A stretch of DNA of 60,057 bases, filler included, from Dugesia japonica (lineage: Eukaryota), in assembly GCA_001938525.1 (NCBI GenBank). It is 6 parts of 6 records of this genome, joined end to end, with 100 filler letters (N's around TTAATTAATTAA, not from the genome) between each part and the next. Parts side by side here need not be neighbours in the genome. Positions count along the whole stretch, not along the records: positions 1 to 10,440 come from MQRL01498003.1; positions 10,541 to 21,196 come from MQRL01591091.1; 4 more parts are not named here. One strand, written 5' to 3'. Below the pieces are notes generated by a model. The model had not been told where the DNA came from and ran no database searches. It saw nothing but the letters and a program-made list of their open reading frames with translations. Position 1 is the stretch's first letter; each line of letters starts with the position of its first letter. The position numbers were made by a program, and so were the translations under genes. Below are positions 1 to 12,217 of the stretch, one piece after another.

Positions 1-239
1 ATTTGATTATGTTATCAATTTTAATATAAATCTGAGAACGTTTTATTCGATAATTTATCAATAATTTTAATTTTGTTGGTTCTTTATGTTTATAATCAAT
101 GAAATAAACAAACAACTAACCATCTCAGTTATTGATATAATGAACAATTTATTTCACTCTAATATCGATTTCTTTTCACAATTTCAAATCTAAAATGTCT
201 TTTTAACGTGTTTATCGAGTGTATATATATAATCGATTT

Positions 240-1240
240 TAAAAGAAAAATGCAAAACAGCTGATGAAAGTCATAATTTGTTAATACAAACATGCCTTAT
301 CAAGAACGCAGTGTTTCGAATGGTACAATCGCTTCAAGAATGTAGAATATGACATCACAGACAAAGTCCGATCAGGACGGCCGGAAAAGTTTGATGATAA
401 AGATCTTATAGCCTTACTCCGTGATAATTCGTGCAAAACGCCAGAAAAAATTGCAAAATCATTGAAAGTTGATTGTTCTGCCGTTGCCAAGCGTTTACAT
501 GCACTTGGAATGATCCAAAAGTAGTGAACTTGGGTACAGAGGATTCTGTGAAAACGAATAGCTTTATCATAGTAGTACTTTAGTTAATGTGTAGGTAATT
601 TTTAATTGCACGTCTAATGACACCAAGTTTGTTTTCATCAGATGCTTCTAACCAAGGATAGGCAAATTTTAAAAAAAAATTTCCAAAAAAATAAATTTAA
701 AAAAGATTTTCAAAAGAAATTTGAAAAGATTTTGTCGTGAAAAATAAACATTTTCACAGGTTCTCGGTATCGAGTTCAATTGATGCATTTAAGCCGAGTA
801 TTAAAGGATAAATGGCCATATTATGCCGACAGGCATGATAAAGTCATTTTGCTACATGACAATGCTCGGCTGCATGTTTCGCAAACGGTTAAAACATTCT
901 AGGAAATTCTCAGATGGGAAGTTCTACTCCACCCACCGTATTCGCCAGATATTGCTCCTACAGATTACCACCTGTTCCGTTCCATGGCGCATGGCCTGGC
1001 TGACCAGCGTTTTAAGTCTTACGAGGATACTAAAAACTGTCTCAAATCTTGGATCGCCTCAAAAAGTGAGGATTTTTTTAATAACGGAATCGGTACCTTA
1101 CCTAAGAGACGGGAGAGAGTATTGACAATCGGTCAAGAATATTTCCAAGAATGAATTTTTATAATAAAGTTTATTTATTTTAGTTATCTCTTCTTAGTTA
1201 TTTATTCAAAAAAATCCGGAAACTTATTTACACACCTTAT
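240..1240 (+). mobile_element. Degraded mariner (Mos1-like, DD34D) transposon, interrupted by unrelated sequence at ~540-755
   Basis: Manual translation gives ...QCFEWYNRFK..DITDKVRSGRPEKF (HTH region), then HDKVILLHDNARLH...WEVLLHPPYSPDIAPTDYHLFRSM...GQEYFQE* (ends ~1154). 3' TIR-like GGAAACTTATTTACACACCTTATTA at ~1218-1242. Stops and frameshifts present. Confidence 0.9.
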
Positions 1241-2369
1241 TATATATTTTGTCCAATATTTTTTTGTCGAATATATTTTACTTTATTTTATAATATTTTA
1301 TTATTGTTAATAAACCAACTTATTAATACTGAGATTCATCAAGAACATATTTCAAATTTGTACAACATATCTTGGTTACAAAAGCAATAATTTCTCTGAG
1401 TCGGATGTGAATTATAATATTGAGCTTGATATTTATTAAAAGTAATTTGCAATCCATGCATGATTTTAATTAGAAACCGACATGAACTACTGATCAAATT
1501 GTATACAACTTTCTGTGTAACAAGTTTTTCTAAATTGGTGAAAATTATTGTAAACAAAACTGTTTTAGGGGAGATAGAAAAAAGGCGTTTTTAAATTTGT
1601 TTAACTTTAAATAGAAATCGGTGCTACTGATTTAAATTAGCAAATATCGATTTCTAATTTTAGCTTACCTTTCATAATGAATGTGTTACTGAAAATAACT
1701 TTATTCAGTTCAAGAAAATAATTTAAACGTGCCAAAAGAAACTCAACGATGATTGGATAAAAAAATGCATAACTGAACTCACACACATTGTAACCTAATA
1801 ATTATACTAAAACTCGGATAAACCTAAACAACTCTTATTCAAATATGATTTGTAATATCTTAAAGCAATTTGGCTGGTACTGTAAATTGTTAAAGATATA
1901 CCGGAATTTTAAATCAAATCTGGATAGAAAATTACAAACGTGTCTACTGATAGTGGAGTATTATCGGCGTCAGATTGAATAGCTGGAAATTCTATTTTAT
2001 TTGGTAACCGAATTCTGTTATTAATTCTAGCGATCATATAAATATAGTGTTTGCATGTAGGTGTTTACAAACATGAGTCAGATTTTATAGAAAATGTAGT
2101 TTACGACAGCATTTAGATCAACAAGTGATTAATTAGTTTGGTATGATTCTGTACAGATTAATATACTACATAACTGAGTATCTTCTGTTTCTACAATTAC
2201 CATCATCAAAATCATTAATAGCTAACATAATCGACGTTGGTATAATTTTAGCATTGTCAATTAATAATTTGTTATGTATTGAAATCAGGTTGATGATGAT
2301 GATGTAAATACTCCCATAAATCAAATGGATTCTCAACTTATTCAATCTCACTAATCAACGATGTATTTT

Positions 2370-2696
2370 TTATATCTCAGCCTTAATCGTTAACTCAATA
2401 TTTTATCTCCAAATGCAAAATTAATGTTTCGGGCAGCTTCTGTTGGGTTATGCTTTAATTTCCATTCATTTAAAAATAATGTTCGCATTTCCGTATTTTT
2501 TAGCTTGTGTTCCATATTGTCTAAAAATAATTTAAATAAATAGATTTTTAAAACAAATATTATATATAATGATAATCAAAAATTCCACCTTCAAAATGAT
2601 ATATAAATACGTTCTAAATGTTTAATATTACATAAAAATATATTAGTTTAAAAAACGAGTTCTAAAATCGGACATTTCATATGTGACAACCTAATA
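2370..2696 (-). mobile_element. Mariner 5' end (TIR plus N-terminal HTH), abutting a pPolB remnant
   Basis: Minus strand starts TA-TTAGGTTG (mariner TIR). Translation MRTLFLNEWKL..TEAARNINFAFGD (frameshifted) matches the mariner N-terminus. Confidence 0.8.
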
Positions 2697-3140
2697 AATA
2701 ATAGTCTTTATGGTAAGACTGTCGAAGGTCTTAAGAAGAGGATGAATCTCCGTCCCTGTAACTCTTATAAAAAGTTGGTGACCTTTACTTCTAAACCAAG
2801 TTTTAGGAAAACATTTAAAATTGATAAGGATCTGATTTCTGTTCAACTTAATAAGATGTTATTTGTTTAGATCGTCCAAGTTATATTGGACAATCTGTAC
2901 TTGATTTATCTAAGCTAAGGATGTATCAGCTTCAGTATATAGATTTAAAAAAATACCGAAAGGAAGAGAAATGTTGTATAAATATTGTTGCAGGCGACAC
3001 AGATAGCTTCTTTCTAGAGGTTAAAGATTTTAAATTAGAGAAATTATTATACTTAATGTTTTAAGATAATCTTCTGGACACATCAAATTATGCTAAAAAG
3101 CATCCACTTTACAGCGATAAGTTGAATTCTGTTGAAGGGA
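2697..3140 (+). pseudogene. Polinton/Maverick protein-primed DNA polymerase B fragment
   Basis: NNSLYGKTVE (NxxYGK), DRPSYIGQSVLDLSKLRMY, AGDTDSFF (DTDS) and LDTSNYAKKHPLYS; frameshifted. Confidence 0.88.
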
Positions 3141-3649
3141 TTTTTATTAAATAAAACTTTTACTTTGAAAAAATGACTTTATCTTACTATTAAGTTTTTA
3201 TTGTGTGTTTTTATTATTTATAATGATACTAGGGATTCCAAAATAAAGTACTTGTTTCTCTATAACTTTTTATGTATAAGATTTGTTGATTTTTAACTGT
3301 GTTATTTGTACTCATCGTAAAGTTTCCAGTCGAATAGTATTAATTTCGATAAATTTTGAGGTACTTTTGTTATTTTCAAAAATGTCACCGAATTCCGGGA
3401 GGGCGTCTGTACATATTCGTTAGGAAGCAATTTTTCCGAGACGATATTTTAACTTTGTACAGTCACTTTTTCCTCCTGAGTAAAATAATACCAAAATTTG
3501 AGTCGATAGCAGTTCTGAGTGCACAGAACTCTGAGTACTAAACTCTTATTTTTGAGATTTTTTCACCACGAAACTTCATTTATTTAATAAAAAATTGATT
3601 TAAAAAATATTTAAATTTTCATATTATTTAAATAACATGTACGGTTTGC

Positions 3650-3930
3650 CTGGATTCCTATAAAAAATTCCCATAAAAAATTTTCCCACCTAAAAAAAAG
3701 GAAAAATATTACTGCTTAAAAAACACTAAATGTTTTTCCCAACTAAAACCACAGGAAAAAGTAACCTCTCTTAATCCTTTTACATAAAATTTCACCGAAG
3801 AAATTAATCTCATGATATAATTTGTGTGCAAATAATTTTCCCAACTAAAAAGCCTAAAAAATATAACCGCTTAAAAAGCCTAAAAGATTTTTGCCAACTA
3901 AAATCATTGGAAAAATTATTACTAATTTAA
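3650..3930 (-). repeat. Dispersed repeat with ~28-bp subrepeats; homologous to 10215-10440 and to the reverse complement of the leader region at ~14400-14500
   Basis: Shared strings TTCCCAACTAAAAAGCCTA, AAAATATTACC, CACAGGAAAA, CTTAATCCT and GAAATTAATCT. Confidence 0.7.
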
Positions 3931-4029
3931 AATTACATAATAAATTTAATTGATGGATTAATTTTCCGATGATGTAATTACAACGTAGATTAACTATCAA
4001 ATTACAGATAATAGCACTAATTACATCAC

Positions 4030-4215
4030 TAATCCTGGGGGGACTACTTAATGTGTGCTGAGGTTGTGCGCTACTATATACCTACTTAGATTTTATATAG
4101 CAGAATTTGTAATGTTAATTGATGTCGTTCACAAATTTGGATATGTCCATGAAGATTTTAAACCAAATAAATTACTATTGGACTTTTATTTTTTCAAATT
4201 GATCAATTTCAAGAC
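4030..4215 (+). pseudogene. AGC kinase (NDR/ROCK/DMPK-like) catalytic-domain fragment
   Basis: PGG..; LRFYIAEFVMLIDVVHKFGYVHEDFKPNKLLLD..FKLINF resembles RFYIAE..LAID..H...HRDIKPDNLLLD..IKL.DF. Catalytic residues are degraded. Confidence 0.7.
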
Positions 4216-5249
4216 GTCGTCAATACTTCCACATAATTTATGATAAATTTGTATAAATTTCATTTATAAAATCATTAGATTCTCCTTAACTAAGTGTAAT
4301 AATATATTTTAGTTAATAAATATATTTTAATTAATTAATAATAATTTATATATTTTTAATGATAAATAAAATATAAATATAAAATTTTAGAAAGTAATCA
4401 ACAATGAATAATACCAAATGTTACGTGTTTGTTTATATTTTCAAATATTAGCTCTACTTATTCGATGTAAAATTTGAAAATGTTTTGAGTTATCTACAAG
4501 GTTTTTCATTGTTTATTTTCCTTCAATATTTTATAAAGATCTATTTCATTCTTTTTTCCAGTTTATCCATCATTGAACAAAATTTCATTAGTAACATTTA
4601 CTCCATTGTTTTTATTCATTTCTTCTAGATCTCATCAATGGAAGGCATTCATAAATGAAAATAATCCGATTTTAATTATAAAAAACACAAATATTCTTGA
4701 AAATTTCTCCGTGTTTAATAAATTTGATTGATTTAATAAGTTGTGATTTATAAAGAAAAAAAAATTAAAACACAATTAAAATAATAAGGCGCATTTATAC
4801 AAAATAGCAGTTTTTTGCGTTTATTTAGTGTTTGTTTTATTTATTTTCTGCTTCATTTAAATCAACTAAAATATGACTTTTAATTCAATACTTTATTTTA
4901 ATAACAATTAATTCTTCTTTGAAATTCTTCTTTCATTTTGAATGCTTCTTTCAAAACTTGCCTTTCCCAATTTCTATTTTTGAATAAATAATAAATTTAA
5001 ACAAATTTATTATATTTATTAAAAATATGTTTCTTAAATCTAAAACTTCGAATTTACAGTAATTTAAAAAATAAAGCGATAAAATTTAATTATTAAAAGT
5101 TTTTACTAATTATTTACATCAAAAAATGTAAACTAATAACATTACATTAAATTTTAAAATATTTGCAAATTTTTAAAATTACATAACATTTACAAAATAG
5201 AATTAAAATTCAATTCATAAAATATTTCCATTATAAAATTAAATATTGA

Positions 5250-5410
5250 ATAAATCAAAAATGTCAATTTCTGATGAAGACAAAGTCAAAAATTCGAAAT
5301 AATATCAACAAAAATAATTTGATCGAATCTTTTATTTTAATGAAATATCAAAAACAATCGATGGTTACGTCCAACAATTATTCTTGAAATGATTGTAATT
5401 GTAAAACAAC
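5250..5410 (+). repeat. Copy of the ~170-bp hammerhead-bearing short repeat (core mutated, GAAA to AAAA)
   Basis: CTGATGA-A-GAC-AAA-GTC-AAAA-ATTC at 5271-5295, followed by the family body (TTTGATCG...ATGGTTACGTCCAACAATTATTC...ATTGTAAAAC). Confidence 0.7.
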
Positions 5411-6764
5411 ACTATTATAATTACTTTCGTAATTAAAATTATTTGAAATTTCTTTAGTTTCTATCTTTAGAGAAATGGTTTTTTAGAATTGGAAAGTTCG
5501 TTGTTTTTCTATGATAATTATTGAAAGTTATTGTATTTAATGTCAACATGTAATTTTCTTAAATAATAATTTTTATTATTCAACCATGATTTTTTCATAG
5601 ATCCCAATTATGATCCTATTTTATTGTGAAAATTTTCAAATTGTAAAAATAATTGAATGCAATCATGAGTATGAATTCTGTTTATCTGATATTATTAGTT
5701 TAATATTCCACAATGTTTGACAGACATTTTTAGATTTCTAAAATTATATTCATTTGCATTTTAAAATTTATTTAAATCTTACTAGTTTTGAAGCGATGTT
5801 TTTGTCAAATTTGTTTTATAAATAGTCAACAGTAGGTGGATAGGGGCACACGGGCACAATTTTTATAAATCACCCCTCTCCTCCGGGGAGGGGGGACTCG
5901 GAAACATATTACGCTTGAGCTGCGTTTTTTTAGACATGATTTTTGAGCTCGTTTTTTTTACAAAGATTTTATGGATAAAAAACATTTTGATCGAATCAGT
6001 TTTTTTGATCTAGAAAGTGTTTGTGTGTATTTTTTAATTTTTAATTTTTTGTGTTTTTGAGTTGTTAAAGTGGTTTTTAAAGAATAGGTCAAGTTGAGTT
6101 TGTGTGTGTGTAAAGGACTAGAAAAAACGAGGAGGAGGAGCTGGAGATCTTGGAGATAATTTTTTTGNTGTTTTGAAGATTTGTTTGTTGTTGGACAAAA
6201 ATTTGGTCTATATATTGTCTTAAAGACATATGAGTTCAGATGGATGGTTTTTGATACTAGGGTAGTGGGACACGGGCACAGTTGTACGAGTTATCGTGGG
6301 TAGTTTTTATGGAGGCTGTAGGTTTGTATGATGTTGATGGAATTTGTTGGTTGATGGTTTGTTGGAGAAGTAATTTGATGGAGAAGATGTTGGTTGTCAT
6401 ATGGGCTTTACTTTTTATTTTAAGGGCTACTATTTGATTTGTTGCTTTTGTAAGTAGTATAAGTGTGTCAAAATATTTTTTCGTGAGGTGCAGGTTGGTA
6501 TGTGTGGAAAGAGAATTAATTATCGGATATTATAAGATTTATTTGAAATTTTTCTATCGGTTGAAATATTTAATTTGGTTAAAAATTCTGTATTTTGCGT
6601 AAATTGATTAATTTAATGAAAGTAATGTTATTTTTGAGTATTTGATGTATTTTTGGTTATTTTTTCGGTATTTCTATCAGTGAAGGGTTGTTTTTTAATA
6701 TTTTTGAACGGAGAAAAGGGGAGTCTGGATATTTTTAAAAACTTTTTGGAAGCAAATTAAAATT

Positions 6765-6860
6765 TTTTTGGCGGAAATTCAAAAAAATAATTTTGGCGAG
6801 AAATTCAAAAAAAATAGTTTTGGCGGGAAATTCAAAAAAATTGTTTTGGTTGGAAATTAT
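6765..6860. promoter_or_regulatory. Tandem E2F + CHR-like (DREAM-type) sites
   Basis: Three to four copies of TTTTGGCGG(G)AAATTCAAA; the reverse complement is TTTGAA-TTTCCCGCCAAAA. Confidence 0.6.
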
Positions 6861-7414
6861 TCATTTCAATGGGGAATCTTAAACTTAATTTAATTTAATT
6901 AAATTTGAATTAAATTAATTTATTTATGTAAGAGATGTGGCAGTCTTAATATTTTGCATGCAGAGTCTATATATTTTGCATAAGATAGGATGAATTGATA
7001 TTTTTTAAGATATTTCTCAAGATATTACAAGATATTGGACAGTCTTGATATTTTTAAAGATATTATGACAAGATATCGCGCAGTTTTGATATTTTTTAAG
7101 ATATTATTACAAGATATTTAATTCTCTTTCAATGGGGAAATATTTTAATTATAATTAAATTAAATTTAATTTAATTAAATTTGAATTAAATTAATTTATT
7201 TATATAAGAAATGTGGCAGTCCTATATTTTGCATAAGATGGGCAGACGTGATATTTCTTAAGATATTTTTAAGATATTACAAGATATTGGACAGTTTTAC
7301 AACTGCAATTATTGCGAGAATAATTGTTGGACATAACCATTGATCGTTTTATAGAATTCATTTAATATAAAAGCTTTGATCAAAATTTAAGTATTATTTA
7401 TTGATATTGGATAA

Positions 7415-7451
7415 CAATTCGATATTTCGACCTTGTCTTCGTCAGGAATTG
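7415..7451 (-). ncRNA. Minimal type I hammerhead ribozyme (Penelope/retrozyme type), intact
   Basis: Minus strand reads CAAUUC-CUGACGA-A-GAC-AAG-GUC-GAAA-UA-UC-GAAUUG: 6-bp stem I, complete core, 3-bp stem II, palindromic AUAU stem III, AUC cleavage triplet. Confidence 0.82.
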
Positions 7452-8478
7452 ACTTTTTTTTGACAGTCTTGATATTTTTAAGATATTATTACAAGATATT
7501 TTTTGAGATAATATTACAAGATATCTTGCAGTCTTGATATTTTTATTCAGTATATGTGTGTTGTAGCTGTAATGCTTTTGAATGCATTTATGAAAATATA
7601 TCTATTAAAAAACTTTAAAGATGAGTGACTTTGTGATAATTACATAATAAAAATATAACTATTAAAAATAACCAAAGAGGGAGTCCTTGTGATATTTGCA
7701 TAATAAAATATAACTTTTATTAAAATATTCATATAAAAAATGTTCAAAGTGGGGAGTTTTTGTGTCATTTATATGAATAAATATTCAAATTAAAACTTTT
7801 CATTACAAAATGATAAAAAACAGAACTTTTTTCAAAACATATTATTATTGGTAATTTTATATAAAAAAAATATATCATTACTGATGCGCTGCAATTTTTA
7901 ATAAAAAAATATTATAGATGTGTTGACAATAATAAAACGTCTGCCCTATATCTTGTAATGATATCTTAAAAATGTCAAGAATACCCATAACATGCGTAAA
8001 TATATTGTAATAACATCTTCAAAAATATCAAGACTGCACGATATCTTGAATTAATATCTTAAAAAATATTAAAAGTGTCCATAACATGCATAAATATCTT
8101 GTAATAATATCTTAAAAATATCAAAACTGCCCGATATCTTGTAATAATATCTTTAAAAATATCAAGTCTGTCCAATATCTTGTAATATCTTAAAAAAATA
8201 TCACGACTGCCCATCTTATGCAAAATATAGGACTGCCACATCTCTTACATAAATAAATTAATTTAATTCAAATTAAATTAAATTAAATTAAATTTAATTA
8301 AATTAAATTAAATTTAATTATAATTAAAAGATTTACCCCATTGAAAGAGAATTAAATATCTTGTGATAATATCTTAAAAAATATCAAGACTGCCCATAAC
8401 ATGCATAAATATCTTGTAATAATATCTTAAAAAATATCAAAACTGCCCAATATCTTGTCATAATATCTTTAAAAATAT

Positions 8479-9900
8479 AGTAGGGGGATAGTGGCGCACT
8501 AGCCCACCTTGATTTTTTAGCCCACTTTCATATTTTGCTGTTATCGGAGGGGATCCCCCTCCCCCTGGGGGGGGGCTCAGAAACACATTACGCTGGGATA
8601 TGTTTTTTTAACTATGATTTTTGTGTTGGTTTTTTTCCAAGATTTTTGGGATCAAAAAATTTTTGATCGGATCGGTTTTTTTTATCCTGGTGGTTTGTGT
8701 GTGTGTACTTTTAAATTTAAAAATTTTTGTGTGTTTGGGTTGTTAAGGTGGTTTTTAAAAAGTAGGTCAAGTTGAGTTTGTGTTTGTGGTTGTGTGTGTG
8801 TAAGTGAAAGAGTGAAAAAAAGGAGGAGGAGAAGTTGGAAATCTTGGAAATAATTTTTTTTTAGTTTTTATGATTTGGTTGATGTTGGACAAAAATATTG
8901 TCTATAAATTGTCTAAAGGACTTATGAGATTGGATGGATGGTTTGTCCTACAACTATGGTGGCGCACTAGCCCACTCGTATGAGTTATTGTGGGTCGTTT
9001 TTAGGAAGGCTGTAGGTTTGAATGTGTTTGTTGGAATTTGTTGGTTAATAGTTTGTTGGAGAGGTATTGTAATGGAAAAGATTTTGTATATCGAATGTGC
9101 TTTGATTTTTTAATTATAGGGCTACTATTTGATTGGTTGATATTTGTAGGTAGTATAAAAGTTTTAAAAAATATTTTGACTGGGAAGGATGGATTTTCAT
9201 ATTTTTCGAACGAAGAAGTAGGGATTCTTGTTATTTTTTAGTGGGAAATTCAAAAAACATTTGGCGAATAATTTAAATTTTTTTTTGGCGGGAAATTTAA
9301 AAAAATCTTTTGGCGGTTAATTCAAAAAAAAATATTTTTGGTGGAAAATTCAAAAATAATATTTTTTAATTTAAAATTTTTCATTTAAACCAGGGAAATC
9401 TTTTTAATATAAATAAATTTAATTAAACTAATTTATTTATGCATGGTATAGGCAGTCTCTATATTTATGCATGTTATGGGCAGTCTCTATATTTATGCAC
9501 GGTATAGGCAGTCTCTATATTTATGCATGGTATGGGCAGTCTTTATATTTATGCATGTTATGGGCAGTTTCTATATTTATGCATGGTACGGACAGTCTCT
9601 GTATTTATGCATGTTATGAGCAGTCTCTATATTTATGCATGGTATGGGCAGTCTCTATATTTATGCATGGTATGGGCAGTCTCTATATTTATGCATGTTA
9701 TGGGCAGTTTCTATATTTATGCATGGTATGGACAGTCTCTATATTTATGCGTGTTATGAGCAGTCTCTATATTTATGCATGGTATGGGCTGTCTCTATAT
9801 TTATGCATGTTATGGCAGTCTTGATATTTTTTAAGATATTATTACAAGAAATTTATGCTATGGGGAGTCTATATATTTATGCATGGTATGGCTAATCTTT
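8479..9900 (+). mobile_element. Second, diverged copy of the same TIR arm, abutting or inserted into the first element
   Basis: Starts AGTAGGGGGATAG. Colinear with 5831-7000 (CATTACGCT, TTGATCGGATC, GGTCAAGTTGAGTTTGTGT, GTTGGACAAAA). E2F-like array at ~9240-9350. Confidence 0.65.
9436..9900. repeat. 28-bp minisatellite (ATTTATGCATG[G/T]TATGGGCAGTCTCTAT), about 14-16 units
   Basis: Directly visible tandem array; related to the GCAGTCTTGATAT subterminal repeats at 6940-7550 and 7930-8478. Confidence 0.92.
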
Positions 9901-10214
9901 ATATATATATGCTCAAAGGTATTTAAAGTATAAGACAATAATTTTTTTTATTAGTTATTTTTTTTTATTAGTCCATTAGTTTTAATTATTATTATTAATT
10001 ATTTTCATGAATGTTTCAGTAGCAGTCTTGTTTTCCTTCCATACCATTACTTTACCTCCTCCAACATGTACAGTCCGACGAAGCAAATCCATCAAGGTCT
10101 TTAGCATCCAATTCGAGTCCGCTCATAATTGAACTTATCGATTAGCTTGCTTAGTTTTAACTAAGCTAAGCTCGATTACAGTATGTGCATCTCCGGTAGC
10201 AGTGTTCCTCACGG

Positions 10215-10730
10215 AGCAAATTCCCAACTAAAAAGCCTATAAAAAATATTACCACCTAAAAAGCCTGAAAAATATTACCGTTTAAAAAGCCCAAAAAATT
10301 TTCCNNNNNNNNNNNNNNNNNNNNNNNNNNNNNNACTTTGCCGTCTAATAAGCTTGAAAAATTTTCCCAACTAAATACACAGGAAAATATGTAGCCACTT
10401 AATCCTATTACGTAAATTTTCCCGGAGATGAAATTAATCTNNNNNNNNNNNNNNNNNNNNNNNNNNNNNNNNNNNNNNNNNNNNTTAATTAATTAANNNN
10501 NNNNNNNNNNNNNNNNNNNNNNNNNNNNNNNNNNNNNNNNCTTTTTAGGGTCCTAATTGCACCGATTGGTTTTCTTCTTGATTTTTCTTGTTGGAATATT
10601 TTCTGACGTCCGGGACCAAAGTTATCCGTATAAAACAGATTTTTATCTAATTTTCGTTTATTTTTTGTTTAAAATTATTTAATTTTTTCTGTATTAATTA
10701 ATTATTTTTTATTATTGTTTTCTGGTTGCT
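10215..10730 (-). repeat. Inverted partial copy of the promoter/leader module (copy 1), spanning the linker
   Basis: Reverse complement of 10600-10700 (AAAATCTGTTTTATACGGATAACTTTGGTCCCGGACGTCAGAA) aligns with ~13950-13995 (AAAATATGTTTTATGCAAATAACTTTGCTTCGGAACATCACAGAA). Reverse complement of 10360-10440 aligns with ~14400-14500. Confidence 0.6.
10441..10540. other. Assembly linker (44N + TTAATTAATTAA + 44N)
   Basis: The same 100-bp spacer, with stops in all six frames, occurs five times. Confidence 0.97.
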
Positions 10731-10924
10731 TCCTTCAAAATTATTAATAATTTTAATTGTTGATCAATAATGGGTTCATTTCTTCTACACCTTCTTCATT
10801 GCATGTTCATTTCTTTTTATTATCACCTTTAGATACTTTATCTCTTTTCTTGATTTATTTTCTACTTTAGTGGGTGTTCCACCCCAACAATATAACCAGA
10901 ACAATAATGTAAATTTTGTAAATA

Positions 10925-12120
10925 ATGGAATTCGATTTGGACTTATCAATAAACGTAGCCAGAATTATAATGAATGACCCAGACATTGAATTATTCGGTA
11001 TGAGCAAAGGTCGAGAAGAAATCAAGTAAACCCCAGTAACAAAAAACATAATGCACTACCGTAACATATTTGCAGCACCAGAAAATTTCATAAGTAAAAG
11101 GGTGTGTTACAGCACAATGAAAGTGTTTGATGAGAAGTACAGGGATGAAAATGCAAGAAAGCAATCGTTATTCCAACTACCTAAATATTTATACGGTCTC
11201 ATTGAAGCCCTAGCCAAATCAGGATTTTACTACGTCGGTACCCAAGAACGACCAGATAGAGTAAAATGTATATATTTTCAAGGCATCCTACACAAATGGG
11301 GCATGAATGAGCAACTCAATAAAGCACACAGGAAATGGTTTCCTACCAGTCCATTCTTGCTAAATGTAAATGTAAACAACAAATCCCAACTAACTAAAGG
11401 AAGAAAATCCAAAACCGAGAAAACTACCATGGAACCAAAGCGGATATACTGTAAAATCATAAAGAACTTAGCAGAAGTTGCCCTGCTAGAAGATCTGGAA
11501 TGGAATATCGAAGAAAGAGAAAAAACGTTCAAAGAATCACCAAATCTGAAAGAAAAGCCCTGGATGGATTATACTTTGTCCAACAAACCAGAAATAAAAT
11601 TATCAAATGCACCAATTGCAAACGAGAAACTCTATTACTGCAGGGAATAGAGAAATTACCAAAGAAAATATTTCATCAACCAAATGGTTCAAGATTAACA
11701 CCAATTTACGAGGAAGAAATACAAACCACAGCATGTAGAATCGAGTGGAATATGTCGAGTAACAGAATAGAAATGGCAATTGAATTACAGACTAACCGAC
11801 TGTCTAATATCTTAAAGTTAAATAGGATGAATATCAAACAGTTAATAAACCAAACGGTCACAGAAAAAGGGTCTGAACTAGTCACACCATATGAGTTATA
11901 TCAAAGATCACTCAAATCAGTAAAACCACAGGTAAAATATGAGCGGGAATGGGTGTTGCTAGATCATGATTGCGTTATCTGCCTTTTAGAAACCATCGAG
12001 GTCGTATTTCTGCCATGTGGACATTTTAAAACATGCTATAATTGTGCTATAAACTTAAATGAATGCCCTATGTGTCGAAAGTTAATTGAACGAAGAACAC
12101 TAGGAATAAAATTTCAATAA
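10925..12120 (+). pseudogene. Intronless IAP-like gene, BIR-(degenerate BIR)-RING, with one early stop and one frameshift
   Basis: BIR1: RKQSL..LP.....LAKSGFYYVG....DRVKCIYF..ILHKW.......AHRKWFPTSPF (two Cys lost). BIR2 remnant: REKTF..LDGLYFV..IKCTNC..H. Intact C3HC4 RING: CVICLLETIEVVFLPCGHFKTCYNCAINLNECPMCR. AATAAA at the stop. Confidence 0.88.
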
Positions 12121-12217
12121 TAAATAAAGTTAGATATGTAAATCATGTATGATTATATATACTTATATTTGTCAACATATTATTATAATAAAATAATTAC
12201 TCTCTCTGATTTTAGAA

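Larger units (their letters stand above)
5831..8478 (+). mobile_element. Non-autonomous TIR element (probably Polinton/Maverick-derived): left arm 5831-~7550, inverted inner arm ~7930-8478
   Basis: Begins AGTAG; G/C hairpin at ~5873-5896; TTTTGGCGGGAAATTCAAA array at ~6765-6860; 7081-7295 is the reverse complement of ~8168-8392. Confidence 0.6.

Noticed and set aside
281-1125. ORF-track proteins 281-490(-) and 823-1125(+)
   Set aside because: Antisense or off-frame shadows of the mariner transposase.
1860-2350. Minus-strand coding-like stretch with a cadherin-like DFDDGN motif
   Set aside because: Several stops and only one weak motif; no family can be assigned.
9471-9895. Three overlapping Cys/Trp/Tyr-rich ORFs; also a superficially CRISPR-like 28-bp periodicity
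   Set aside because: Translation of a stop-poor 28-bp minisatellite. Units are contiguous with no unique spacers, and the DNA is eukaryotic.
10030-10140. Minus-strand RRTVHVGGGKVMVW resembling a Tc1 transposase
   Set aside because: Single short motif with no flanking support.
10485-10496. Recurring TTAATTAATTAA palindrome as a biological motif
   Set aside because: Always flanked by exactly 44 N on each side, so it is a synthetic six-frame-stop linker.
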